Assembly: GCA_965203295.1 (NCBI GenBank)
Contig: CBDBCZ010000013.1
Coordinates: 32,001 to 96,000, forward strand
Direction of reading: 5' to 3'
Length of the DNA: 64,000 nucleotides
Source of the DNA: Nitrospirales bacterium
GTDB taxonomy: Bacteria; Nitrospirota; Nitrospiria; Nitrospirales; UBA8639
The notes under the pieces are model-generated. The model did not search any database and had not been told where the DNA came from. It worked only from the letters and a program-made list of their open reading frames with translations. Positions 1-20,011 of this stretch are shown here, one piece after another (positions within the stretch are counted from its first letter, which is position 1; each line of letters opens with the position of its first letter). The position numbers were made by a program, and so were the translations under genes.

Positions 1-254
1 CACTGACAGTATTACCAAATAAGCCTACATGGGCATCACAAACATAATTATGATCTAACACCAATACACAAAACTCAACAATACATAAACATTGCTATAT
101 ACAGCTCACCCAAAAACATTGATGTACATACTACTTGGATGTACATACTCCAAGATTACGTACATGTAGCATGCCATGGGCTAGATGGGAAGCAAAGAGG
201 TGTGGCCCCCCTCTTTTTTTATCCACAAAATTTATCACATGTAGCTACCTAGTA

Positions 255-545
255 AGCCTGTGCTGAAACTCGCTGGGCTGTAACCTACTAAAGTTCAGCA
301 CCAGGGCTAACGGCGGTAACCTACTGAAGTTCAGCACCTCAGTTTAGGTGCTGAGCCTCAATCAGTTGCTGGACTGGCTGTTGGCGGTAACCCACTGAAG
401 TTCAGCACCTCCTCAATCAGTTGCTGGGACTGGCAGTAACCTACTGAGGTTCAGCACCTCAATCAGTTACTGGGACTGGCTAACCATAGATCCGAAGGTT
501 ATATTATCTATGGGCTAACCTACTGAGGTGCTGAACTTCAGTCAG
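255..545. repeat. Short imperfect tandem repeat (GGTAACCTACTGAAGTTCAGCACC core) with inverted copies
   Basis: About six copies of the core, with inverted GTGCTGAA ends at ~260 and ~528-543. Confidence 0.7.
485..512. mobile_element. 28-bp CATAG...CTATG micro-insertion with a 7-bp TSD (P-element-like)
   Basis: GGCTAAC is duplicated at 478-484 and 513-519 around CATAGATCCGAAGGTTATATTATCTATG. Confidence 0.7.
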
Positions 546-775
546 ATGCTACTGAACACATAACAATAATTAACACGGCATAGTTGGGCTAGTCCACTCT
601 AGATCTGGTTCTGCCATGCCTTTATGTAGGCTGCATGGTGCATGCAATCGAGGTTCATTAGTGGACGTCACATCCGTTACACACTCACGCACGGACAGAG
701 CTAACGATAAAGTATTGACAAGTTTAGGACTATACAGCTCGAATGTTTAGCTACTGTGACAGCATAATAAAACAG

Positions 776-9395
<8,620 letters not shown>

Positions 9396-9649
9396 GCTGC
9401 AGTGGTGGACTGCACAGCACCTTTCTCAAGTCAGTACTGGGAAATGGTATGAAGAAAGTAGTCGAGGCATCACACCACATAAATTCCAACCAGTGAAATA
9501 CTATATAGACTAATCCTGACCCTAATTTTAAACATCACATAGCTTTCACTTTCACAGTGCCTCCATCAGTGGCAAAAAAAATATCTCGCTAACTCAACCA
9601 TGTGTAAATACAAGATGTAGGCCTGTGCCAATATAATGAGGGCACAACG

Positions 9650-12169
9650 TGAGCAGAATCATTTGCTACAATGTTTGGGTGTGGCTACTGCACTGAGGTC
9701 ACCTATCATGGACCATGGCGAGAGTTTCAAGCATGGATGAGAGTGACAGCAAGCAAGCGAGAAATTTACCCACCAAAAGCATAAACAGAAGCAGTGAACT
9801 AGCAGTTACATCGCTTATTGATGGCTAAATAGCTCCACATACATGTAGGTGGGGAGCACCCCTTAGCTATTGCAAGCTCACAAAGGTCACACTTCTATGG
9901 CTGAAGTGTGGCTAAGCTCACAAGTGCTATATATAGGCGCTTCACAGGGTGGGGCCAGGGGAGGCCTCAAAGGAGTAAAGGGGGAGGCCCCTCCCTCTGG
10001 CTATCCAAGGAAAGGGGGGTTTGGTTAGGGGTGTGCAAGGTTGGCCAACCCAACCTCCCAGCCGAGAATGCCTCTTGGGGGCATGCTATGGTGGAATTCC
10101 TTCCCGACCGAGGACAGGTTAAATAGGGTTTAACGAGTTAAAGCAGGTTAACATGCGAGGGCAGGGAAGTGGGTGTGGCCTATAGGCAGTGAGCATGCGT
10201 AGTGAAGCCTAAGACGCTTGCGGTTACACGTGGTATATAGCAATAATCAAGCGTGCACTGCAGCTTTCCCTCCCTGGTCTATATTTCATATATTCCTTCC
10301 CACCCGTTGTGTTCTTTCATCTGCCTTTTGTAATTTAGCCCTCATGTCAATACTCTTATACGGCTTGTATTAGACCTCCTAGTTCGTTTTTGTATATTTT
10401 ATTTTCCTTTTCTCTGCTAGCTGGTCAGCGTGATTGGCTAGCATGACGGGTTGGGCCTAGGGTGGGGTGAAAAGCCCCCACACCTCGCCTCCCAAGGGTG
10501 GGGCCAGGGGAGGCCTCAAAGGAGTAAAGGGGGAGGCCCCTCCCTCTGGCTATCCAAGGAAAGGGGGGTTTGGTTAGGGGTGTGCAAGGTTGGCCAACCC
10601 AACCTCCCAGCCGAGAATGCCTCTTGGGGGCATGCTATGGTGGAATTCCTTCCCGACCGAGGACAGGTTAATTGCCTATAAAAACAACCTTGCAGACAGT
10701 GAGCCTTATGTGGTGCACACAAAACTATTATTAGTATATCAGTGTATTTGTTAGTTAGCCTGGTTCCCAGGCTTCCACCTCAGCTTTTGTCTAGCTCTTG
10801 CAGTACAAAAATCAGAATTTTTTTTACATGGTGCAGAAAAAGCTGTGAAGTGGAGCCTGGAAATGAGACTGATTATAAGCTAGGGCAATGTACAAACATT
10901 CTTCGCACACCACATTTCACTAGCATGTTTGGCCTAATATTTAGCATAGTTTGCAGTGAGTTCGGAGGTCGGATAGAAACTCTGCGTATCGGCTCTGAAG
11001 ATTGATGATAGCGGCTGACTACAGAATTCTTCTAATCTGTTTCATCTTCCAAGCAGCAGGTCGGACGAACCTAACCTCATACTCAGGCCGCCTATACCCC
11101 CAGAAATTACATTATGTAATCTCATGGCTGTGAGATAAAGTCTTGGGGGGAACAAGCCTCATACTGGCCGACACCATGAGCTGCGAACTTCTATGCAAGC
11201 AAAGCAACACACAGCCCCATGTCGTATACAACGTAAAGCAGCTTGACTCAGTTACAAGGTTATGAGCAGAATCATTTGCTACAATGTTTGGGTGTGGCTA
11301 CTGCACTGAGGTCACCTATCATGGACCATGGCGAGAGTTTCAAGCATGGATGAGAGTGACAGCAAGCAAGCGAGAAATTTACCCACCAAAAGCATAAACA
11401 GAAGCAGTGAACTAGCAGTTACATCGCTTATTGATGGCTAAATAGCTCCACATACATGTAGGTGGGGAGCACCCCTTAGCTATTGCAAGCTCACAAAGGT
11501 CACACTTCTATGGCTGAAGTGTGGCTAAGCTCACAAGTGCTATATATAGGCCTTCACTTGTACCCAAAGAAGGGCCAGAAGTTGCCTATAAAAACAACCT
11601 TGCAGACAGTGAGCCTTATGTGGTGCACACAAAACTATTATTAGTATATCAGTGTATTTGTTAGTTAGCCTGGTTCCCAGGCTTCCACCTCAGCTTTTGT
11701 CTAGCTCTTGCAGTACAAAAATCAGAATTTTTTTTACATGGTGCAGAAAAAGCTGTGAAGTGGAGCCTGGAAATGAGACTGATTATAAGCTAGGGCAATG
11801 TACAAACATTCTTCGCACACCACATTTCACTAGCATGTTTGGCCTAATATTTAGCATAGTTTGCAGTGAGTTCGGAGGTCGGATAGAAACTCTGCGTATC
11901 GGCTCTGAAGATTGATGATAGCGGCTGACTACAGAATTCTTCTAATCTGTTTCATCTTCCAAGCAGCAGGTCGGACGAACCTAACCTCATACTCAGGCCG
12001 CCTATACCCCCAGAAATTACATTATGTAATCTCATGGCTGTGAGATAAAGTCTTGGGGGGAACAAGCCTCATACTGGCCGACACCATGAGCTGCGAACTT
12101 CTATGCAAGCAAAGCAACACACAGCCCCATGTCGTATACAACGTAAAGCAGCTTGACTCAGTTACAAGG
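9650..12169. repeat. Recent tandem duplication (~0.9 kb unit); copy 1 carries an extra ~730-bp insertion
   Basis: 9650-11259 and 11263-12169 look identical by eye except that 9946-10671 stands where copy 2 has ~24 bp. The ORF track gives identical ORFs at 10742 and 11652. Confidence 0.92.
9946..10671. mobile_element. GC-rich insertion with ~175-bp direct repeats (R-X-R); retroelement end fragment (Ngaro/DIRS split repeat or Penelope pseudo-LTR)
   Basis: 9946-10121 matches ~10496-10671. The segment is absent from the duplicate copy, and it has no TSD and no TG...CA ends. Confidence 0.55.
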
Positions 12170-13021
12170 CCAACTGTGTGAGTTACAAAGAAAACTCCGA
12201 TAAGAAAACTAGGGCTCAAAACTGCCTTGCATTCAAGATCTGCTAGTTCTAAATATACTTCCACACACAAGTGCATGGCAGAGCAATGGTACTGCTCTAC
12301 AAATTACAATCCATTTCAGAAACAATGGTGTTGACAAGGCCTACACAGTGTGGTCAGAAAATAATGTGGTGTGTGTATGTGAGAACCATTACTGCCTTGT
12401 ATGCTACTTACTAGCATGATAGCCATGCATGATCCATCACACAAGAAAACTAAATGGCATCCTAATCGATACTTTTGTACCCCGTCCTATTCCCATATCC
12501 AGTACATTTACTCTTATGTATGCCAAACGTAGCCTTGTTCCCAGGCTCCAACTCCCCAGCTAAAAAGCATACGAGCATATGATGGTTCTCATATACACAC
12601 CACATTATTTTCTGACCACACTGTGTAACCCTAGTGAGTATTCAAAGCTGCAGAGCTAGCGGGCCTTGGATGCGAAGCAATTTTTGGGGGAATGAGGCTA
12701 TATCCCAAACTATCATGTATCATAAACAAGCTACATGTACATGCATAACAAGTAGTAAAATACATTAGACTATGGTATGCATAATATCCTTTGATCTTTT
12801 GACTTTAATGAGGTCTCTAAAATCCATTAGACACCTCATCAAAAATTCACATTTCATGTAGACAAATTGAAAGCTGGAAACCATAGTCTAAGCTGGTTAG
12901 TGACCTCAAGCAGGTATCTTAGCTGCTTAGAGACCTTCAGGATGTACCTATAATCACCTCCCACTTCGCCCTTGGTGATTATAGGTAGTGTCCCTCAGGT
13001 CTCTAAAACAGCCTGCATGAA

Positions 13022-13445
13022 GCTGTGAATGTAGCAATAGACAACAAGAATAGAAGGACCTCTAACAGGTGCCAACGGAGCCATGAAGGAACCAGAGACC
13101 ACACCAGCCATAACAACACAAGAATTAGTCCTAGACAGGAACACAAATGCTGTGAACGGCCCTGGCAAGTAGGGCTGAGCCTATTATGCTCAAAAAAAGT
13201 ACCTAATTATGCTATACTGCACTGCTCTCCTAATATGCTCGACAAAATAATGCTGTGAATGTAGCAATAGACAACAAGAATAGAAGGACCTCTAACAGGT
13301 GCCAACGGAGCCATGAAGGAACCAGAGACCACACCAGCCATAACAACACAAGAATTAGTCCTAGACAGGAACACAAATGCTGTGAACGGCCCTGGCAAGT
13401 AGGGCTGAGCCTATTATGCTCAAAAAAAGTACCAATTATGCTATG
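13022..13445. repeat. 230-bp tandem duplication that includes the left end of a hAT-like MITE
   Basis: Near-identical ORFs at 13025 and 13255 in the ORF track. Confidence 0.9.
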
Positions 13446-13758
13446 CTGCACTGCTCTCCTATTATGCTCAACAAATGCCCCTAATTATACTCATTAAATT
13501 TAATGTGACCCTCACAGCGAAAACCAATCATCTAGACTGTTTCAAGTACGCTTGGGTGGTGTGTATTTTCATAGTATGTTAGCTGATATTGGACCACTCC
13601 CCTCAAGGTTTGACGGTAAGACATTGGTAGCTTGCTGAGTTTCCATTACGCATTAATTAAATGACGTAATTTCCCCAAGAAATTGACCTATTATGCTCGC
13701 ATCATGCTCAATGCTTTTGCATACCTATTCTAATGCTGTCATAATCGGCTCACCCCTA
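13400..13758. mobile_element. hAT-like MITE
   Basis: Ends TAGGGCTGAGCC ... GGCTCACCCCTA, with the 8-bp TSD CTGGCAAG at 13392-13399 and 13759-13766. Confidence 0.8.
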
Positions 13759-14706
13759 CTGGCAAGCTATCCAGAGTCCAGATACTCTCTACAGATAGAA
13801 CTCCTCATGTAAGGGGCTGGGTAGGGAGACTATATTCACATCATTAAATTGTGTAATGCATTTCCTTGAAGTGAGCAGTAGCATATTATCGTAGGCCAAA
13901 ATCCTACAGCTCCTTGCACAACACAGCTACATTGCTATGCTTAATCGAATAGCTACCTACCCTATCCCTAAACTCCATCATTGGACTGCCGGACCAATAG
14001 CCACCTTGATAAGGGGGCATCTCCAAACTATTTTGCTGACAATGTAATGTTAAGAGGAGGGGGTCAGGGCTACAAATATGACGTTATTGTAAGTCGAAAC
14101 CATCATTGGCACGCTAGCATGCCTAGCCTCGTTCCCAGGCTGCATTCCCCAGCTTTTATTACCTAGAAATGCACAAATGACCCTGCATAGTGGCCTTGTA
14201 GGCCAGGGCGTGATGGTAAGAAGGGGGGAAGAGGGGGGACACAAGTTAATGCCACCCTCTAAAAATACTAGTGGCCTCATTGAGGTTAATTCACAAACCT
14301 AAAGTGTAACAGTTAGGTCACTGTGACTCTAAGGGGGGGAGGGGGTAGCGTCCATGACGCTAAGTACACATTTGGCGTGTGCAGTTTAATCTAGAAGCTT
14401 TCATGACCTCACTAGCTGTATTTGACTCAATTTGACCGAGTCTTTGCACACTGAGGTTGTTCCCTTTTCACAATAATATAAATCTCCTGTAGCAGTGTCT
14501 AAAACATGTGACGTCTGCTAAAGGGGGGGGGGGGGGAGGGGTTGGCCATAGCATCACATAGTCTCGCAGGCCCGCGAGACTAAGCATCACAGTGACGCTA
14601 ACTGTAAGTTTCCCCTAATACACGTCCACGCATACCAATCTGACTATTCTTCTACCACAATAGTATAGCCAAATCATCCTTCTCGGGAAATTATGCGACC
14701 TGGACT

Positions 14707-14827
14707 AGTCTCGGTACCAGCCCACCTATCAAGTCGGAGATCGCTTACAGTATTTAGCGATCTCCGACTTGATAGGTGGGCTGGTACTGAGACCATAGTA
14801 CGGTTTATATTATCTATGCTGAGACTA
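14707..14827. mobile_element. Palindromic TAG...CTA mini-element with a nested 25-bp CATAG...CTATG insertion (14794-14818)
   Basis: Arms TAGTCTCGGTACCAGCCCACCTATCAAGTCGGAGATCGCT and its reverse complement. The right arm is interrupted, with the 7-bp TSD CTGAGAC. Confidence 0.8.
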
Positions 14828-14899
14828 ATGTAAGACAGGGCTCAAATTTATGTGTTGACGGCAAGCATGCTAGGAGACACACTATAGAACAGCTACCTC

Positions 14900-15090
14900 T
14901 CTGGTGTACCTGAAGTATATAGTCTAGATCTTGCGGGCCTGAAAGACCGCCAGGAATCTCAGTGCAGTATACGCCTGCTTTGACTGTATAGTGGCTGCGC
15001 CCTCCGGAAGCAAACCGCTAATTACGCGCGTTAGTCTACTTCCGGAGGCGCGGCCGCCGGCGCCGGCGCCGGACGCCATAACCAATAGTA
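14900..15090 (-). promoter_or_regulatory. CpG-rich promoter-like island, probably the promoter and non-coding first exon of the MBOAT gene
   Basis: GC/CpG-rich patch with two CCGGAA ETS-like cores and a CGCCAT YY1-like core. There is a minus-strand donor CAG|GTACAC at ~14909 and an acceptor CTGCAG one base before the MBOAT ATG at 9395. The link between them is inferred. Confidence 0.45.
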
Positions 15091-15228
15091 ATGTAGCAAC
15101 TACTAAATAGTGCAAGGTGAAAAGTTGGTCAGGCAATAAAATATATATAGCAGGTCAGGTAAGGAAATATATAGCAATTCATAGACAGAACATAAAAGAA
15201 TGAAGGCAGTGGAATTTGATTGCTGTTG

Positions 15229-18200
15229 CTATCTCTTCAGGAATGGGTGTCTGATTGATTCCAGTTGTGAAGACAGTTCGCCGATCTTCATGTCCTTGAT
15301 CTGCACCAAATGCTCCAAGCGAGTCACCTTCATCTGTAGCAACTGCACAGTAGTGGAGCAGATAGCAATAGGCACAGGTCATGCAGTGATCAATAAGTAA
15401 TGACAACAACTACGGCTAATCCCAGTTTACGGCACAAGTCGAGGGTGGGAATAAGCTACAACTAAATTTAGATCTGGTTTTCTGATACTAAACGTTTTTA
15501 AAATTAGTTAGCTAACTAAAATGAACTAAAATTAAACTCTCGGTACAGTTCTCTGATACTAAAAGTTTTTAATACGGAAATTTCGTTAGCTAACTAATAT
15601 AATTACGTATTTCATTCTTTAATAGCCTTTTCAAAAACTAAACATACGAAGCAAAGCTGCTGAGGCCGATTAAAATGATGTCATTGTACGTTGGGTACAT
15701 GTACTAACAGATAAGCAGATCTAGAAGAGTGAATTGTGCTTGGAGAAATGCTGTGTTGTACGTGTACATGTATTATAGTGCAGTTCTCATCCTCACTTGA
15801 ATGTACTCCTGTGACTCCAATATCTTTTGGTCCCTCTCTGCAATCCTGATCTTCATGCCCGCACTCCCCTCGCGCTGTTTGTGCTTCAGGGGGAGCATCG
15901 TCTTCCTGGTGTTTTGAAAAGAACAGAACTTCCTATGTCGTATAGCTACACATGAACTCCATAGTTTGTAGTGTTGTTGAAAAGTTGAAAACAAAAAGTG
16001 CTTCAGTAGAAGCAAAAACAGGTTTTATTAGTTAACAGACTAAAATTACAACTTCAAGGGTGGGAATAAGCTACACGTATGTATATACAACTAACTAATC
16101 TTGTCCCCTCCTAAATCAACCCATTAATTTTGTTAAGGACTATAATACTACATGTACAAGTACTTTTTTCTAGCTAATTAAAACTGAAAATAAACCTCCA
16201 TTGTTTTTGCTAAAACTAAATTTAAATATGTAAAGTCATACTAGAGCAAAACTGATAAGTAATATGCATTATGATTTGCTCTGTAGACATAAGATTATTA
16301 AGATACGTACGTAACATGAATTATGAATATACCTCGGATTGTTTGCGTAGGCGTGTCTCCTCTCCAAGCCGGGTATCTTGGTTTGCTTCTCCGGGTTCGA
16401 GTGTCCCCTGTGAATCGTCCTGGAGTCCACCAGGTTGAACGTGTTCCCGGGGTTGACGGGGGGCAGGGTGGGGGCCGGCAGGGAGCCCTTGTGCTGCCGC
16501 TGCTGGGGGGCCTCCGGTCGCCTCTGGTTGGGATGGGGAATCCTGGAGGAGAAGTGTGCCTTGGGGCGTGGTTTGGGCTCCGCCCCCACGTGGGTGGTGG
16601 CGGCTATGGCTGGACGGTCCTGGCCGGGGAATTGTGTCGTGCCCTGGTGAGTGGTGCTGGAGTGGAAGTGTGAGGGGTGTGAGGGGTGTGGTGGATAATG
16701 CACGGAATGGTCGCCGCCTCCCCCTCTGTCGTGATGAGGTAAGTGGCTGCCTTCAGTGAGTTGAACTGGGCCTGGATGTCTAACGGGCTCCTGCAATTTG
16801 AGATCAAGGTGACGATCAAGGGATCAAGGTAGATTCTAGGAAACGATCAAGGGGTCAAGGTAGATTCTATGAGATGATCAAGGGAACAAGGTAGATTATA
16901 GAAGACGATTAAGGGATTGAGGTTAGATTCTAGGAGATAATCAGGGGAACAAGACGATATCTGGGCAACAAATCGATTAATGGATCAATGATCATTCTCT
17001 GCTACTAAGGAGGCAGGGCTACAGAACACTCAAAAATCCAATCAAGAAAAATTTTATAATATAAATAATTTTCGATGTTCAAAATTCTTAATTGGTCTTG
17101 TTTGCAAGCGTTTCTACAGGTGGTGTGTACGTACATGTAGGTGACTACCCCTGGCAAGACTGCATTGTATTATAATCACGATATGCTGCAATCTTTCACT
17201 GACCTGAGAAGTGTACATGAAAGGTCCCCCACTGCCGTAATTGGAGGACAGGTGGGCGGGGTTGTACTGTTCCCTGTATACCGTCCCACTCAGGTCCTCG
17301 GAGAGGCTTCGCTCCTTCCTGCTGTCCTCTCTGTTCTGGAGGTACCTCTCAATCTGGGAGATGATACATATACATTGTATATATCTTATATGGGTAGCCG
17401 TCCAATATCACTGGATATTGGACAAGTCAGTGCTGTATTCGGGTGAGTCCGAAGGAAGAGTCAAATACAAGCAAGACGAGTCCAATGTCCAGTGATATCA
17501 GATGGTTACCCATTCAATGAGAAATTTATTTTACATGTATATCGTATACACCACGCATGCACCCATGTTTCTGTTCATCAAGCCGTCCAATATCAATGGA
17601 TATTGGACAGTTCGCCATATACGGTAGGAAATACTACATGGTACATGTAGTACACGTATGAATGTATACAATAAGCATTTGTTTTGTACACTCCAAGTAC
17701 CACTATAGTAGTTCCTATAAATTATGGCAAGCTGTCCAATATCCAATGATATTGGGCAGCTTGATGAACAGGCTATTCAGAATCATTGGTGGTGTGTACG
17801 ATGTACAATAATTGAATCGGTACAAGGCTTGAGTACAATATTATACGTACAACCTCATTCCCAGGTGCTCCCCCCCTCCCTTCCCACAAGCCTTGAAGCT
17901 CACAAGTGACACTGCAGTAGCCAGGTGCACCAAATCGATTGTTAATTAGTGTGGGTAGCATCTGCTTTGTCGTACATATACATGTACACTGCCCACATTC
18001 GTTAAAAAAAATTGTGCTTTGCAGCTCTATATACGAAGCAGTTTCCTCCTTTCATATTACCCATACTATATACATGTTCATGTAGAAATATCGTGCCCCG
18101 CTATAGAGGCAAGTACACATTGGCTATTCTGCCTCGCCTTAGATCTGAGGGTGTAGAGGATGAACTCGATGACCCTTGGCTTGCTGGCAGCCACGTCCTG

Positions 18201-19630
18201 AAGGAGGTCCTCAGGAATGGTGAAGTTCAGTCGAGCAAACACTTTCCCTGTAAGTAGATTGACAACATAATATCATACAGCAGCACATGGGTGCAGTCCA
18301 GGCCTTATATTTTCATTCCCAGTGCTTGGCTGTGGAGTATCAATTATGTACTTAGCCTCGAACCCAGGCCTTCCATGCAGATTTTTTTGTAGCCGTGGCA
18401 AAAAAACGGCTGCGGAAAAATCTGCGTTGAAGGCCTGGGTTTGAGGCTTTCTATTATAGCTGTTATGCTACAGTAAGCAAGATTAAACTCTTACTCTCTT
18501 ATTGGACCGTACAGCGGATTGTGGTTCATGAATGTTTTCTTTACAAAAGAATACAGTTTGCAATTACATGTAACTGCTTTTCAGCATAATATGACCCTAT
18601 CTCAAAATGATTCAGCACGGCCTAGTATGGACACTAGAGTACGAGGCTACATGCATGCATGCATGCATGTGTATCAGCTTCAGAGGCATGAGTCTAATTG
18701 ACTGCATGTCAAGCAACAAGTGATGCAAAAACGTTCCCGGGCTCCACTCCACACTTTTTTCCTTTCATTTTTCGCTTTCTGTACTGCAAGCGAAAAAAGC
18801 CTGGGTGGATTCCGGGAACCACCACTCCGGGGAACGAGGCTATTAAGTCACTATTTCACAGAACTAGAGGAGGGCATCTGTGTACTTACGGTTGAGGGTC
18901 TTCCAGTTTTCCAGCTTCTGGGGGGTAGAATTGGCAGGAGTGTAGTTGTGGAGTTCCACCAGCTTGGGAAGGAAGTGAGCTACCACCTCAGCTGCCAGCA
19001 CTGAGAGAGGGAGGGAGAGAAGAGGGAGGGAGAGAGGGAGGGGGGAGGGAGGGAGGGAGGGAGGGAGGGAGGGAGGGAGGGAGGGAGGGGGGAGGGAGGG
19101 AGGGAGGGAGGGAGGGAGGGAGGGAGGGAGGGAGGGAAGGAGGGAGGGAGAGAGGGAGGAAGGAAGGGAGGGAAGGAGGGAGGAAGTGAGAGAGAGAGGG
19201 AGGGAGGATGTTTGCAAGTGCGCTACATGTATATATAGACTTTATTTCCAACCTCTTCATTCAGGGGCTCCAGTAGTCACATGGCCTAGATCTACATGTA
19301 AAACACGAGAATAGGGCCCCAGTAGCTCAGTGGACACCGACAAGAGTGTCTGACTACTGCATGTAAGTGTTCAAAGGTTCTGATTTCTTCTAGTCTCTTA
19401 GAATTAACCATCACATTAATTTGTATACATGTAGGCTTATTAAAAAAGTGGGAAATTTAGTTCTTATGCTGTTCTTGATTGTTTTATTGTATGCTCGATT
19501 ATATATGCTTAAACACAGACTCACCTCCATCACTGAAGTCTCTGGTGATGCTCTTCTTCTGCCTGGAGAGTGGGATCTCGTCAATCCAGGCGTAGAGGGC
19601 CTGTAACTCCTCCTCGGTCAAGTCCGCCAT
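15229..19630 (-). CDS. SPEF1: Sperm flagellar protein 1 (CLAMP): N-terminal CH domain and C-terminal coiled coil, 7 exons
   Basis: Exons 19630-19525 (MADLTEEELQALYAWIDEIPLSRQKKSITRDFSDG), 19000-18890 (VLAAEVVAHFLPKLVELHNYTPANSTPQKLENWKTLNR), 18247-18138, 17353-17204, 16790-16333 (Pro/His-rich), 15905-15797 (IAERDQKILESQEYIQ) and 15342-15229 (LLQMKVTRLEHLVQIKDMKIGELSSQL...*). Both ends match SPEF1 motifs as I recall them. Confidence 0.92.
19003..19208. repeat. (GGGA)n polypurine/polypyrimidine tract abutting a SPEF1 3' splice site
   Basis: About 200 bp that are almost purely purine on the plus strand. Confidence 0.95.
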
Positions 19631-19651
19631 CTCGGTGATGTTTTAACTACA

Positions 19652-19665
19652 GTTTCTATAGTTAC
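19652..19665. promoter_or_regulatory. RFX X-box-like element upstream of SPEF1
   Basis: Near-palindrome GTTTCTATAGTTAC about 20 bp upstream of the ATG of a ciliary gene. It resembles GTTNCYATRGNAAC. Confidence 0.5.
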
Positions 19666-20011
19666 GTAACCACGCCTATGCACGTGCACAAGCGCGGCGA
19701 TCGCGCGGAGCGATTACGTGCGATGATACCGTTACATAATTAGCACTTCCATTAGACCCATAATCAAATTAAGAGTTTGTTACCCAGCAAATAAAGCCGA
19801 TAGCGTACATGTATGTACATCCCTCCTGGGCGTGTTAACTCACTGAGTCACTTGTACACAAATTATAATGATGATGTATGTTTACATTCATAAAAGAGCC
19901 TAAATGCACACAACAAAACTGTGAAAGTTTGCTAGCAAAAAGCATGTCTTCTGTTATATAATAGTAACAAGCAGCTGGCCTAGTGTGCACTGTTGTCCAG
20001 CAAGAAGTCCC

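Noticed and set aside
255..545. Repeat-spacer-like pattern suggesting a CRISPR array
   Set aside because: The spacers are short and related to each other, the context is eukaryotic, and no cas genes are present.
9946..10671. Retrozyme/hammerhead or classical LTR (TRIM) element
   Set aside because: I could not find a CTGANGA...GAAA hammerhead core, TG...CA ends, a PBS or a TSD by eye. An Infernal scan would be needed to exclude other ribozymes.
15200..15400. Plus-strand Cys-rich 66-aa ORF resembling a zinc finger
   Set aside because: It is antisense to the last SPEF1 exon, which explains the sequence.
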